From: Candidatus Hydrogenedentota bacterium
GTDB lineage: Bacteria; Hydrogenedentota; Hydrogenedentia; Hydrogenedentales; JAGMZX01
Direction of reading: 5' to 3'
DNA: 64,000 nucleotides
NCBI GenBank assembly: GCA_018005585.1
Contig: JAGMZX010000007.1
Span: 8,559-72,558 of the forward strand
The notes beneath the pieces were generated by a model. It was not told the origin of the DNA. It ran no database searches and was given only the letters and a program-made list of their open reading frames with translations. Position numbers and translations under genes: made by a program. Below are positions 48,154 through 58,574 of the stretch, piece after piece (the first letter of the stretch is position 1; every line of letters begins with the position of its first letter).

Positions 48154-49024
48154 GGGCGTGATTCTGCTCGCGGGCTACCGGCGTTCACCCACGGCTCTGG
48201 CGCTGTTGTGGGCGCTGAAGCGACGCGCCCGGGATGTGCCGCCGGTGAAGGCGGTCTTCTGCGTGACTGAGTTTTCGCCGGGGCGGTGGAGACAGTGGCG
48301 GCGCCGTTTCGGCCCGGAGTCCTTCGCGCGAATGCGCAGTGCGCTCGGCAGGCGCAGTGCGTCGATCCACGACTCGGAATACGCGATGTATCGAGAACGG
48401 CTCCACGAATGGGGCGTGTCTCATCGAAGTCTGCGTTCCCTGTGCCGGGAGTTGGGGGTTCCCTTTCACGTCGTGCGGGGATACGACACGCCCGGGGTGC
48501 TGCGGCTGGTGGACCGGTACACGCCCTACGCCGGGTTGTTCACGGGCGGGGGGATTCTCCGCGCCCCGTTCCTGGAACGCTTCCCCGGCGGCGTATTGAA
48601 CATCCACAGCGCATGGCTGCCGCATATTCGCGGCCTGAATGCCGCTGAATGGAGCCTCTACCACGGCATGCAGCCTGCGGCGACGGTTCACGTGATGGAC
48701 CGGGGCATCGACACCGGCCCGATCCTCGCGAGGCGGCTCATTGAGGTGGGCCGGGGCGAGCCGCTGGGACGCATCAGGGCCCGCGTGGTGCTGAGAGGAC
48801 TCGACCTGCTGCTCGAGATCCTGCCCGCGTTCATGCGGGGCGCATTGGCGCAGGAGGCAAACCCGAAGGAGCAAGGGCGGCAGTACTACACGATGGCGCC
48901 CGCGTTGCGCGACTTGGTGCAGCATTGGATCGATGCCGGGGTCACGCCGGTGTGTCCGCCCGCAACGGTTGCGCCGGACGACCTGCGCCCCGCGCCGCAA
49001 CGATGTCATTCTCAAGGGCCTTAG
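48146..49024 (+). CDS. Formyltransferase-family protein (Fmt/ArnA-like)
   Basis: Formyl_trans_N signature NIHSAWLPHIRG (cf. N-x-H-x-S-L-L-P-x-x-R-G) with downstream Asp (HVMDRGIDTGPIL); 8-bp overlap with the upstream gene. Confidence 0.65.
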   Translation: MGEGVILLAGYRRSPTALALLWALKRRARDVPPVKAVFCVTEFSPGRWRQWRRRFGPESFARMRSALGRRSASIHDSEYAMYRERLHEWGVSHRSLRSLCRELGVPFHVVRGYDTPGVLRLVDRYTPYAGLFTGGGILRAPFLERFPGGVLNIHSAWLPHIRGLNAAEWSLYHGMQPAATVHVMDRGIDTGPILARRLIEVGRGEPLGRIRARVVLRGLDLLLEILPAFMRGALAQEANPKEQGRQYYTMAPALRDLVQHWIDAGVTPVCPPATVAPDDLRPAPQRCHSQGP

Positions 49025-49070
49025 CGGCGAGCATTTCCGATGACGTGCAGCCCGCGCGGGTTTTCGCACG

Positions 49071-52016
49071 ATGCTGCGTGAGGGCTGGACTTGTCTGGGG
49101 TCCCAGGAGTTGATATACCACGACGTCATGGAAGACCGGGACTCAATCATGCGCAGGAGCATGCGGGTGGTGTTGATGGGGTTCGTGTTTGTGCTCGTGC
49201 TCGCGTTATATCCGTACACGCACAATCCCGCGGGGCCCATCAAGCAGTTGGCGACGGACTGGGCGTTGGCGTTGCTTGGGCCGTTGTGCGTTCTGGATGT
49301 GCTGGTTTCAGGGAAGGGGCTGCGCTGGCGGTCGTCGCTGACGTTGCTGCTCGGGGCGTTCCTGCTGGTCAACCTCGTTTCCGCGTTGGCATCGGAGCAT
49401 CTGGCGCATGGTCTGACGGAGTGGCGGCGCTGGCTGGGGCTTTCGCTGCTGGCGTTGTATGCGGCGCACGCCTGCAGCACCGCAGGCAATGCGCGGCAAT
49501 TGATGGGGGCGATGGTGCTGGCCGTGGCGGCGTCGAGTGTGTACGGGTTGTACCAGGCTACGGGCTGGCCAGACCCGTTTCCGTGGGGACAGAAGAATGT
49601 GGAGGAGTATTTCGGTCTTCCTTCGACATACGCAAACCCGAATTTCGCGGCCCATGCGTTGGTTCTGGGGCTCATTCTGGCCGCAGGGTTATCGCGCCGG
49701 CAACCGCTGTATCTCGCGCCGGGGCTGGTCATTGCCGTGCACCTCTATCTGACGGCCGCGCGCGGGGCGCGGGTGGCACTGCTCGCGGCTCTGGTATTGG
49801 CTGTGGCTGCGATGTGGATGCGCCGCAGGGAAAACCGACCGCTGCGAGCGGCCTGGAAGACCCTGTTGCTGGCCGGGGCAGTCGTGCTGGCAGGCGCGGG
49901 CAGCCTGGTGGTGGCCCATCGCGCCGTTCGACAGACCTACGCGCCAATGGACGGCTCGCTGCTGCTGCGCTACAACGGCTATCTCGGCGCCGCGCGCATG
50001 GCGCTGGAACGGCCTGCCCTGGGTTTCGGTCCCGGGCAATATGCGTTGTATAACGCAGGCTATTGGACGAATTACGAGCAGCAATGGTTCGCCACGACCG
50101 GCAAGAAGAACATGCACGTGCACAATGATCTGCTGGAAACGGCGATCGACGCGGGCGTGCCGGGCGCGGCGCTGTACATGGCCTTGTTGTTGTGGGGTGT
50201 TTTCCTGGGTCTCATGCTGGGCGCACAGAATCAAGCCGCGCGCGACCGTCCCCTGGGACTCGTGAGCGCGGCCTGCGTATGCGCTTTCGCCGTGGATGGC
50301 CTGTTCGGTTTCAATGTGCGCGTGCCGGTTTCATCGACGCTGTTGTTCTTGTTGCTGGGCCTGTTGTCTGCGCGAATCCCCGCAGTTGCGCTGAGCCGGG
50401 GTGTTTCAATAGCCGCCGCACTGGCCGCGTGCGTGGCGGCGCTGACGTCCGCGGTGTTCGGCACGCAGGCCTTCGCGGCGGAACGGCATTTCCAGACGGC
50501 CGAATTTGCGCGCTATGGTTCCGAACAGTATGCAGCGCAAGGAAATGAGCATGCTGCGGCCGCGGTGCGCCAGAAGGCGTATGAAGCCCTGGCGCGGGGG
50601 CACGAGCTGGCGCCGTGGGACACCCGGTTCCCGCTGTTCATGGCGCTGCTCGATTTGCGCAAGGGTGACAGCGAGGCCGCGGTCAGAAGGCTGACACCCG
50701 TCGTGGCGGCGGAACCGGAGAACGTACAGGCCCTGGTGCGTCTGGCGCGTGTGCAGGTCGCTCTTGCGGCGAGCGGGACAAAGCATGCGACCTCCATGAT
50801 GGACAACGCCGTCGCGCAGTTGGACCGCCTCGAGCGGCTCTGTCCCTGCCTGCCGGAATTGTGGGAGTTGCGGGGGGCGCTCGCGGCAATGAAAGCGCAA
50901 GCCGCGGCAGACGCGGGCCGCGACGCACAGGAAGTGTGGCGGGCCGCCGCCGAGTGTTTCGACAAGGCATTGGTCTATGGTGCGCGTGACCGCGCGGGAC
51001 TGCAGGAACGGCTCGCACTGGCTCACGCCCATGCGGGAAACGTCGACGAGGCGGACCGGGTGTTCCGCCAAGCGGCGGAGTTGAAGCCGGAGGATACGCG
51101 ATTCTGGCGCGTTTACCATGGGTTTGCGAGCGAGCACAGCCGTCTCGGGCCCTTTCTGGACGCGCTGCACCGCGCGGTGGACCGGCTGGGCCGCCGGGAG
51201 CCGCCGCCGGCGGCCGCGCTGTCGGAGATTGCGTGGCATCTGGCCGTAGTCTATCGCGAAAAAGGTGAGCCGGAACTCGCGCGGCGGACGCTTATGCAGG
51301 CCATCTCGCGCGACCCCGGAAGCCTGGCGCTGTGGGGAGAACTGAGCATCGTGACCGCGCCCGAGTCTCGTGGCGCCGCCTTGGCGGAACTTGCCTCCAC
51401 CTCGATTCAGCGGCTCGAACAGGAACACCGCGCCGTGCCAGAAGCGCTGCGGCTTGTCGCGGCGCTGACCAGTCCGAATGCGGAACAATTGCTGCGCGGG
51501 GCGGAGAAACTGGCGGGGTTGGCGCGCACCGCCGCGCTGGTGGAAGAGAAAGACGCGGTCCGCCGTACGCTCAGCTGGATCGGAGACGTCTATATCGACG
51601 CTCTGAAGGCCGCGCCGCTGGCGCAGCCGGAGCAGGCGCAGTTTCTGGCGTGGCTGGGCGAGGTATTTGTCCGCAGCGAACGTTGGGATGCGGCGGACGA
51701 GGTTTTCTTAGCGGCGATTGGAGCCCTTCCGGAAAGCAGGCGCGGCGTGGCGCTTGCGTATTACTCGGAAGCGCTGGCGCATCTCGGCCGCAAGGACCAG
51801 GCCCTGGCGCTGGCGCAGGAAGCGGCAGCGAGCGCTGGGGACCAGATCCTTGTGCGGCAAATGCTCGCCCGGCGCCTCGCGGAGTCGGGCCGTGCGGCGG
51901 AAGCGCGGTTCGAATACCGGGCGCTGCTGCAGAGAGTGGCGCAGAGTTCCACGTTGCACGCGGAACTGGAAGCGGAGCTTGCCGCGATGGAACAGGAGCC
52001 AGGAGATACTCCGTGA
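49071..52016 (+). CDS. O-antigen ligase/Wzy_C-domain membrane protein fused to a long C-terminal TPR domain
   Basis: About 12 TM helices with a periplasmic loop carrying the Wzy_C motif (HVHNDLLETAIDAGVPG); roughly 500-aa C-terminal TPR-like Ala/Leu/Arg-rich repeats; likely true start MRRSMRVVLMGFV at 49149. Confidence 0.7.
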   Translation: MLREGWTCLGSQELIYHDVMEDRDSIMRRSMRVVLMGFVFVLVLALYPYTHNPAGPIKQLATDWALALLGPLCVLDVLVSGKGLRWRSSLTLLLGAFLLVNLVSALASEHLAHGLTEWRRWLGLSLLALYAAHACSTAGNARQLMGAMVLAVAASSVYGLYQATGWPDPFPWGQKNVEEYFGLPSTYANPNFAAHALVLGLILAAGLSRRQPLYLAPGLVIAVHLYLTAARGARVALLAALVLAVAAMWMRRRENRPLRAAWKTLLLAGAVVLAGAGSLVVAHRAVRQTYAPMDGSLLLRYNGYLGAARMALERPALGFGPGQYALYNAGYWTNYEQQWFATTGKKNMHVHNDLLETAIDAGVPGAALYMALLLWGVFLGLMLGAQNQAARDRPLGLVSAACVCAFAVDGLFGFNVRVPVSSTLLFLLLGLLSARIPAVALSRGVSIAAALAACVAALTSAVFGTQAFAAERHFQTAEFARYGSEQYAAQGNEHAAAAVRQKAYEALARGHELAPWDTRFPLFMALLDLRKGDSEAAVRRLTPVVAAEPENVQALVRLARVQVALAASGTKHATSMMDNAVAQLDRLERLCPCLPELWELRGALAAMKAQAAADAGRDAQEVWRAAAECFDKALVYGARDRAGLQERLALAHAHAGNVDEADRVFRQAAELKPEDTRFWRVYHGFASEHSRLGPFLDALHRAVDRLGRREPPPAAALSEIAWHLAVVYREKGEPELARRTLMQAISRDPGSLALWGELSIVTAPESRGAALAELASTSIQRLEQEHRAVPEALRLVAALTSPNAEQLLRGAEKLAGLARTAALVEEKDAVRRTLSWIGDVYIDALKAAPLAQPEQAQFLAWLGEVFVRSERWDAADEVFLAAIGALPESRRGVALAYYSEALAHLGRKDQALALAQEAAASAGDQILVRQMLARRLAESGRAAEARFEYRALLQRVAQSSTLHAELEAELAAMEQEPGDTP

Positions 52017-52027
52017 GCGATGAGACC

Positions 52028-52771
52028 ATGCCGGAACAGGGGCTGATGCGCGCCGTGGCCGTGGTTACGTTCGCGGGAATGGCAGTTTTTCTGTCCGGGA
52101 CGTGGTTGTATGCGAGATTCGGCGGTTCTGTCGTGGACGCGTTCGATGAAGAGCTGGGCGAGGTACTCATGGAGCGCGGCATGCGCTTCGAGGAAGCGGG
52201 CTCCTTGGAGAACGCGAAAGCTGTGTATGCCGAGGCGCTGAACTGTCCATTTCAAGGGCCGCAGAACCGTGCCGATACGCAGAAACGCCTGGGCGTGCTG
52301 TATTGGCAGGCCGGGGACCTGGACGCGGCCGTGCGCTGCCTGCAACCTGCCGCGGAGGCCGAACCGCCGCCGGTCTCGGTCTTCGAACCGTTGTGTGACT
52401 GCCTTCTGTCGCTGGGACGGCTGGCGGAAGCGCAAGAAGTGGTGTTTCGCTGGATGGAACGGGCCGGGGAACTCCGGCTTCCCGCGGAGAAGGGAAAGGC
52501 CAAATACTACGAGGGCAAGATCGCGCTGGCCGAGGGCGATCGACAGCGTGCGGAAACCGCTTTTCTGGAAGGGCTGCGCGAACTGCCCGGCGGACGCAAT
52601 GCCTCCGAATTGGGGCAGATGTATTACGAGCAGGGCCGGCACGCGGAGGCGTTGCCGCAAATTGACGCCTATCTGCTGACAGGAACAGGCGAGCGGGCGG
52701 AGTATTTCCGCTGGCTGCGCGGGCACATCCTGAAACTCCTGCAGGAAAAAGAAACAGGCACGATGCCATAG
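52028..52771 (+). CDS. TPR-repeat protein with N-terminal membrane anchor
   Basis: MPEQGLMRAVAVVTFAGMAVFLSGTWLYA anchor then TPR-like repeats (AKAVYAEAL, LGVLYWQAGDLDAAVRCL, LGQMYYEQGRHAEAL); ATG at 52028 (alternative GTG at 52013 overlapping the previous stop). Confidence 0.55.
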   Translation: MPEQGLMRAVAVVTFAGMAVFLSGTWLYARFGGSVVDAFDEELGEVLMERGMRFEEAGSLENAKAVYAEALNCPFQGPQNRADTQKRLGVLYWQAGDLDAAVRCLQPAAEAEPPPVSVFEPLCDCLLSLGRLAEAQEVVFRWMERAGELRLPAEKGKAKYYEGKIALAEGDRQRAETAFLEGLRELPGGRNASELGQMYYEQGRHAEALPQIDAYLLTGTGERAEYFRWLRGHILKLLQEKETGTMP

Positions 52772-53023
52772 CGCTTCTGCCTGTCATTCCGTAAATCCTT
52801 GATTCAGAAACCATTACCGCGCAGACCGGGTGTGCGCGCCTTCGCGTGGGAGACCGTCAGCGGCGCGCATTCGTGAAACAGCGGAAGCGCCCGTCTGCTG
52901 TCAACGGCTGGCGGGCGCCAAGGCTTGGCGGTTCGCAATCATTTCCAGACTTTTGTTACACTGCCCCTATCTGAAGGCAGAATGCGCGCGGACGGATTCG
53001 GGCGCTTACGCGCGGAGACAAGC

Positions 53024-54529
53024 ATGCGTACACGGAACACCAAACTTGAGTTTTTGACCCTGCTTACTTTCCTGGTTTCGCTGGTGTTGCTCTTGGGCAA
53101 CGGCTTTGTGGCAAGAATCAGCGCGGAGACCGAGGAAGTCGATGTTTATCGCGAAATCGAGCCCATTGGCCTGGTGCTGGATACGATTCAAGACCAGTAT
53201 GTCCACGAGGTGGATATTCGCGAAGTGGTTGAAGGCGCCTTGTACGGAATGATGGGATCGCTGGACGAGCATAGCTCTTTCCTGTCGGCGGAAGACCTCG
53301 AAATCATGCAGGAGGACACCCAGGGCGAGTTCGAGGGCATTGGCGTCTCGATCAAGCTGGATGACCAGGAGCGGATCATGGTTTTCCAGCCGATTCCGAA
53401 TTCGCCTGCCGCCGACGCGGGCATCCGTCCTTTCGACATCATTGCCAAAATCGACGGGGTGCCGACCATCGGAATGACTCTTAGCGACGCCGCGGACCGT
53501 ATCCGCGGACCGCGCGGCACGACCGTGCGTTTGACTCTGCTGAGGCTGAAGGAAGGCGAAGAAGAGCCGGAGGTGATTGAGACCGACGTAAAGCGGGAGA
53601 AGGTGCCACTGGCGAGCCTGAAGGAATCCCGCCTGCTTGAGAACGGTATCGGCTACATTCGTATCAGCGATTTCAAGCAGAATACGGCGCAGGACCTGAA
53701 AAAGAAGCTTCGGGAGTTTCTTAAAGAGGGCATGAAGGGTTTTGTCCTGGATTTGCGCTGGAATCCGGGCGGCTTGTTGACGGCTTCCAAGGATGTGTGC
53801 GAACTTTTCCTCCCGCGCGGCACGCTGGTTACGTACACGAAAGGCCGGGAACTCGCGGGACGGCGGAACCCGGATGACCTTGAACTGTACACGGGGGGAA
53901 ACCCGGTGCTGCCGGAAGGGTTCCCGGTCATCGTACTGGTGAATGAGCAGACCGCAAGTTCGTCGGAGATCGTAACGGGCGCGCTGCAATTCTACGAACG
54001 TGCGATTATTCTGGGTGAGAAGACGTTCGGCAAGGGCAGCGTACAGACGATCATCCCGCTTCCTCACCCGGAAAACACGGCGCTTCGTTTGACGACGGCG
54101 CTCTATTACACGCCGGGCGACGTCACGATCGACAAGAACGGCATATTGCCGGATATCGAAGTACTCATGGATTGGGACCAGGAGCGGGCGCTGGGCAAGC
54201 AACTGTACGAGTCCTTCGAGAACGACCCCTCCATGACGGACCGTCAGAATCACGGCGCGGTGACGGGCAACGCGCCCGCCGAAGGTTCCGTGGAGGACAC
54301 GCAGTTGCAGCGGGCGGTGGAAGTCCTGCTGGAAAGCGCGGTCTGGGGAGACCTGATTCAAAAATATCATCGCGACGTCCATATCACGCAAGTGGCGGCG
54401 GACGAGGCTGCCGCGGACGAGGAAAAGAAAGACGAGGCCGCGGCGGCGCCGGAATCCTCCCCGGAACCCCCGGAAGCTGTGCCAAGTGACGATGCGGCCC
54501 CGGCGGAACAGCCGGTCACCACGCCGTAG
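53024..54529 (+). CDS. ctpA: Carboxyl-terminal processing protease (S41 family, PDZ domain)
   Basis: Signal anchor MRTRNTKLEFLTLLTFLVSLVLLLG; PDZ region GIGVSIKLDDQERIMVFQPIPNSPAADAGIRPFDIIAKIDG; S41 catalytic region GFVLDLRWNPGG...VNEQTASSSEIVTGAL; low-complexity acidic C-tail. Confidence 0.85.
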   Translation: MRTRNTKLEFLTLLTFLVSLVLLLGNGFVARISAETEEVDVYREIEPIGLVLDTIQDQYVHEVDIREVVEGALYGMMGSLDEHSSFLSAEDLEIMQEDTQGEFEGIGVSIKLDDQERIMVFQPIPNSPAADAGIRPFDIIAKIDGVPTIGMTLSDAADRIRGPRGTTVRLTLLRLKEGEEEPEVIETDVKREKVPLASLKESRLLENGIGYIRISDFKQNTAQDLKKKLREFLKEGMKGFVLDLRWNPGGLLTASKDVCELFLPRGTLVTYTKGRELAGRRNPDDLELYTGGNPVLPEGFPVIVLVNEQTASSSEIVTGALQFYERAIILGEKTFGKGSVQTIIPLPHPENTALRLTTALYYTPGDVTIDKNGILPDIEVLMDWDQERALGKQLYESFENDPSMTDRQNHGAVTGNAPAEGSVEDTQLQRAVEVLLESAVWGDLIQKYHRDVHITQVAADEAAADEEKKDEAAAAPESSPEPPEAVPSDDAAPAEQPVTTP

Positions 54530-54548
54530 GCGGCATCACGGAGGCTCT

Positions 54549-55259
54549 ATGCGTGCAGACGGACGTGCCCCGGATGCGTTGCGTCCCGTGTCTATTGAGC
54601 GCGGGTTCATCAAGTCTTCTGCGGGTTCCGTATTGATTGGGTTCGGCAACACGCGCGTGATTTGCACGGCCAATTTTGTGGAGCGGGTACCGTCATTCCT
54701 GAAAGACACGGGGCGAGGCTGGCTGACGGCGGAATACAGCATGTTGCCCGGTTCCACGCCCGAGCGGACGGAGCGGCGCAAGTCGACGGAGGGGCGCGCC
54801 CAGGAGATCAGCCGGCTCATAGGCAGGTCCCTGCGCGCCGTGGTCGACCTCAAAGCTGTCGGTCCTTGTCAAATCAACGTGGATTGCGACGTCATCCAGG
54901 CGGATGGCGGTACGCGGACCGCGTCGGTCACGGGCGGGTACATCGCGGTATATGAAGCGTTGCGCGCGGCGGTGGCCAAGGGTAATCTGGCGCGCGTGCC
55001 GGTTTCTGGGGTCTGCGCGGCCATCAGCGTAGGCGTGGTCAAAGGTGAAGTCCTGCTCGACTTGAACTACGAGGAGGATTTCAAGGCGTCAGTGGACATG
55101 AATGTGGTCATGGACGGCGCAGGGCAGTTCATCGAGGTGCAGGGCAACGCGGAGGGCGCCTCATTTCCGCGAGCGGTGCTGGAGCAGATGCTTGACCGCG
55201 CCGGGAAGGGCGTGCGGGAACTCATCGCGTTGCAGGAGAGGGCGCTGGAACTTGCCTGA
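54549..55259 (+). CDS. rph: Ribonuclease PH
   Basis: MRADGRAPDALRPVSIERGF N-terminus and RNase PH motifs (ICTANFVERVP, DCDVIQADGGTRTASVTGGYIA); ATG at 54549. Confidence 0.9.
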   Translation: MRADGRAPDALRPVSIERGFIKSSAGSVLIGFGNTRVICTANFVERVPSFLKDTGRGWLTAEYSMLPGSTPERTERRKSTEGRAQEISRLIGRSLRAVVDLKAVGPCQINVDCDVIQADGGTRTASVTGGYIAVYEALRAAVAKGNLARVPVSGVCAAISVGVVKGEVLLDLNYEEDFKASVDMNVVMDGAGQFIEVQGNAEGASFPRAVLEQMLDRAGKGVRELIALQERALELA

Positions 55260-55848
55260 ACCGCTGGTCATTGGGTCGGCCAACCGGAAGAAGGCCCGGG
55301 AACTGGCTGAGATATTGTACGGGCTGCCGTGGGATATCAAAACGCTCGCCGATTTTCCTCCCGTAGCAGCACCGGCCGAGGATGCGCCGACGTTCGAGGA
55401 AAACGCGCTGGCAAAGGCGCAATACTACAGCGAACGGCTGGCGCTCGCCTGCGTGGCGGATGACTCTGGGCTGATGGTGGATGCGCTGGACGGCGCGCCG
55501 GGGGTGTACTCAGCGCGCTATGCCGGTCCGGAGTGCCGGGACGAAAAGAATGTCGCGAAGTTGCTGGATGCGCTGGGAGACACGCCTTGGCATGAACGCA
55601 CGGCACGGTTTGTCTGCTGCGCGACACTGGTCATTCCGGGCCGCAAGCCCTACCTCGCGGTGGGAACGGTCGATGGCCACATCGCCGCCGCACCATGCGG
55701 CCGGAATGGCTTTGGCTATGATCCCGTTTTCGTGCCGGACGGGCATGACCGCACCTTCGCTGAGATGTCCGTGGAGGAGAAACACGCGATGAGCCACCGG
55801 GGCCGGGCGTTTCGCGATGTCCGTGGTTACCTGGAGTCCCTGCGGTGA
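55252..55848 (+). CDS. rdgB: Non-canonical purine NTP pyrophosphatase (RdgB/HAM1)
   Basis: Ham1 motifs (LVIGSANRKKARE, FVCCATLVIP, GFGYDPVFVPDGHDRTFAEM, KHAMSHRGRA); probable TTG start at 55252 overlapping the rph stop, exact start uncertain; classic rph-rdgB pairing. Confidence 0.75.
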   Translation: MPEPLVIGSANRKKARELAEILYGLPWDIKTLADFPPVAAPAEDAPTFEENALAKAQYYSERLALACVADDSGLMVDALDGAPGVYSARYAGPECRDEKNVAKLLDALGDTPWHERTARFVCCATLVIPGRKPYLAVGTVDGHIAAAPCGRNGFGYDPVFVPDGHDRTFAEMSVEEKHAMSHRGRAFRDVRGYLESLR

Positions 55849-56441
55849 AGACGGTTCCGGCGACGCCTGACGGCTTGGACGAGGCCGTGGCCGTGCTGCG
55901 GGCGGGCGGTGTGGTTGCCTATCCCACCGAAACGGTATACGGGCTTGCCGTGGACCCCTTTTCGGAGGCGGCGCTGAACCGCCTCTTCGAAGTGAAGCGG
56001 CGAGACGCCGGCAAGCCGGTTGTTCTGATTATTGGCGAACTGGGACACCTCGAACGCGTGGCCGGGTGCGTCCCCAATCAGGCACGGGTCTATATGGACG
56101 TGTTCTGGCCCGGGCCTTTGACACTGCTGTTTCCAAAATCCGCGGCGCTCCCGTCCCGGGTGACGGCAGGCGGCGACAAAGTGGCGGTGCGCCTGCCGTC
56201 TAATGCGACGGCGCAGGCATTGTGCCGCGTCTTTGGCGGCGCGTTGACTTCGACCTCGGCGAATGCGTCCGGGCAGACGCCTGCCCGCCGCGTCGCAACG
56301 CTTGACCTCGCCGGCATCGCGTTGGCCATAGATGGCGGGTTGCTCCCGGAGAGCCTGCCTTCGACGCTTTTCGATCCGGTCACCAACGAACTGCTGCGAG
56401 CGGGGGCGGTGCCGGAGTCCGAGTTGCGGAACGCGGGTTGA
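55845..56441 (+). CDS. tsaC: L-threonylcarbamoyladenylate synthase (TsaC/YrdC family)
   Basis: YrdC-domain motifs (GGVVAYPTETVYGLAVDP, KRRDAGKPVVLII, SANASGQ); GTG start overlapping the rdgB stop. Confidence 0.8.
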   Translation: MKTVPATPDGLDEAVAVLRAGGVVAYPTETVYGLAVDPFSEAALNRLFEVKRRDAGKPVVLIIGELGHLERVAGCVPNQARVYMDVFWPGPLTLLFPKSAALPSRVTAGGDKVAVRLPSNATAQALCRVFGGALTSTSANASGQTPARRVATLDLAGIALAIDGGLLPESLPSTLFDPVTNELLRAGAVPESELRNAG

Positions 56442-56591
56442 CCGCGCAGGCGCTTGTGAACCGGCGCCGCGAATTCCTACAATGACCGTGATGGGCGATC
56501 AGGTTGCAGCACATCACTCTGCGTGTTGCTGAACTGCCGCCTGCTCTCTCACTGTGGAGAGACAAGCCAAGGGCCGCTGGGAGTTATTGAA

Positions 56592-57035
56592 ATGAGAATA
56601 GCATTCGGTTGCGATCACAGCGGTTACGAAGGACCGCCGCCGGCGTACAAGGAAGCGTTGGTGCAATATGTGCGGGAACTGGGCCACTCAGTCATAGATT
56701 GCGGCACGTTCGGCGCGGAATCGGTCGATTACCCTGATTACGCCAACGCTGTGTGCGACGTGATCCTCGGCGGCCGCGCAGACGAAGGCATTCTGCTGTG
56801 CGGTACAGGGATTGGCGTGAGCATGGCCGCGAACCGCCACAAAGGGATTCGTGCCGCGGCCTGCACGAACGAGCAGATGGTGAGGATGGCGCGGGAACAC
56901 AACAACGCGAACGTGCTATGCCTGGGGCGGCGCGTACTGCCGCTGGAGGAATGCAAGCGGCTGATCGAGGTCTGGTTCCAGGAGCGATTCCAAGGGGGGG
57001 AACGGCATCTGAGGCGGATCGCGAAGATGGGTTGA
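56592..57035 (+). CDS. rpiB: Ribose-5-phosphate isomerase B
   Basis: [14 protein letters not shown]-terminus and RpiB/LacAB core ([23 protein letters not shown]); ATG at 56592. Confidence 0.85.
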   Translation: MRIAFGCDHSGYEGPPPAYKEALVQYVRELGHSVIDCGTFGAESVDYPDYANAVCDVILGGRADEGILLCGTGIGVSMAANRHKGIRAAACTNEQMVRMAREHNNANVLCLGRRVLPLEECKRLIEVWFQERFQGGERHLRRIAKMG

Positions 57036-57135
57036 TGACACGAACCGGCCTGAGACCGGCAGAGGCATTGCGTCCGAGAGCGTGCCGGTTTTGTCTCCCC
57101 GGCGTGGGTCGCCGCGGAGCAGGAGAATAAGAGGC

Positions 57136-58527
57136 ATGAGCACACTAACACCCCGGCAGATTGTCGAGGAACTCGACAAATACATCATCGGCCAGCGCGA
57201 AGCGAAGGTAAAAGTGGCCATTGCGCTGCGCAACCGCTGGCGCCGCCGTCAATTGTCGGCGGACCTGCGCGATGAAGTTGCGCCGAAGAACATCATCATG
57301 ATTGGCCCGACCGGCGTGGGCAAGACGGAAATCGCACGGCGGCTGTCGAAGCTCGCCGACGCGCCGTTTGTCAAGGTAGAGGCCTCCAAATTCACCGAGG
57401 TGGGCTATGTCGGCCGCGATTGCGAGTCCATGATCCGCGAACTGACGGAAGTGGGCGTGAATCTGGTCCGGGAGGAGATGCAGCGGGATGTGGAGGAACT
57501 CGCCAAGCGCAACGCGGAACGGCGCCTGCTTGATTTCCTGCTGCCGCGGCACAGGACGGGGCTGGAGAAGGGGTACCGTCCGCGCGATCCGGGCGCGGGC
57601 GACGAGGGTCAGGCCCCCGCGGCGGTCATGGACGACGCGGAAGCGAAGACGCGCGAAATGCTGCTGCGCAAGTTGCGCGCGGGCGAACTGGAAGACCGGG
57701 AAATCGAGATCGACACTCGCGAAACCGGCGGTATGCCGATGATGCAGGTGTTCTCGAACGCCGGCATGGAGGAGATGGGCCTGAATCTTCAGGAAATCTT
57801 TGGGAAAATAGCGCCGCAGCGAACCAAACGGCGCAAGGTGTCCATCCAGGAGGCGCGCCGGCTTATCGAGCACGAGGAAGTGCAGGACCTCATCGACATG
57901 GATGTTGTCGTACGCAAGGCGATCGACCGTGTCGAGAACGGCGGGATCGTTTTTCTGGATGAAATCGACAAGGTCGCGAGCCGGGGCGGTCCGGCGCACG
58001 GGCCGGACGTCTCGCGGGAAGGCGTCCAGCGCGACATCCTGCCCATTGTGGAGGGCAGCACGGTTATCACGAAGTACGGGCCGGTGCGCACGGACCACAT
58101 CCTGTTTATCGCGGCGGGCGCGTTTCACATGACAAAGGTGTCCGACCTGATACCCGAACTGCAGGGCCGTTTCCCGATCCGGGTCGAACTGGAAAGCCTC
58201 GGGGCAGCGGAATTCGGGCGTATCCTGCGTGAGCCGCGCAATTCACTGATCAAGCAATACACGGCATTACTCGAGACAGAGGGGGTGCGGCTGGTTTTTG
58301 AAGAAGCGGCCATCGACCTGATCGCGGAAATGGCGCAGCGGGTGAACGAGGCCACGGAGAACATCGGGGCGCGGCGGTTGCACACCGTCATGGAATACCT
58401 GCTGGAACAGATCTCTTTCGAGGCGCCCGAGCGCGACGGGTGCGAATTCCGAATCGACGCGGCGTGCGTGCGCGAACGCCTCGAGGGCATCGCGGAAAGC
58501 GAAGACCTCAGCCGCTATGTACTGTAG
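57136..58527 (+). CDS. hslU: ATP-dependent protease ATPase subunit HslU
   Basis: [34 protein letters not shown]; Walker [17 protein letters not shown]; Walker [12 protein letters not shown]; AGGAGA RBS before ATG 57136; no hslV adjacent. Confidence 0.9.
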   Translation: MSTLTPRQIVEELDKYIIGQREAKVKVAIALRNRWRRRQLSADLRDEVAPKNIIMIGPTGVGKTEIARRLSKLADAPFVKVEASKFTEVGYVGRDCESMIRELTEVGVNLVREEMQRDVEELAKRNAERRLLDFLLPRHRTGLEKGYRPRDPGAGDEGQAPAAVMDDAEAKTREMLLRKLRAGELEDREIEIDTRETGGMPMMQVFSNAGMEEMGLNLQEIFGKIAPQRTKRRKVSIQEARRLIEHEEVQDLIDMDVVVRKAIDRVENGGIVFLDEIDKVASRGGPAHGPDVSREGVQRDILPIVEGSTVITKYGPVRTDHILFIAAGAFHMTKVSDLIPELQGRFPIRVELESLGAAEFGRILREPRNSLIKQYTALLETEGVRLVFEEAAIDLIAEMAQRVNEATENIGARRLHTVMEYLLEQISFEAPERDGCEFRIDAACVRERLEGIAESEDLSRYVL

Positions 58528-58574
58528 CGCAGGCGCAGCCGGCGCCGCAGGCGCGAAGTGCTGGCCCGGGGTGC

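Noticed and set aside
48185-52726. ORFs 48185..49732 (-), 50406..51488 (-), 51332..52027 (+ upstream part) and 51761..52726 (-)
   Set aside because: Antisense or alternate frames of the formyltransferase, Wzy_C-TPR and TPR genes; compositionally biased (R/P/H-rich).
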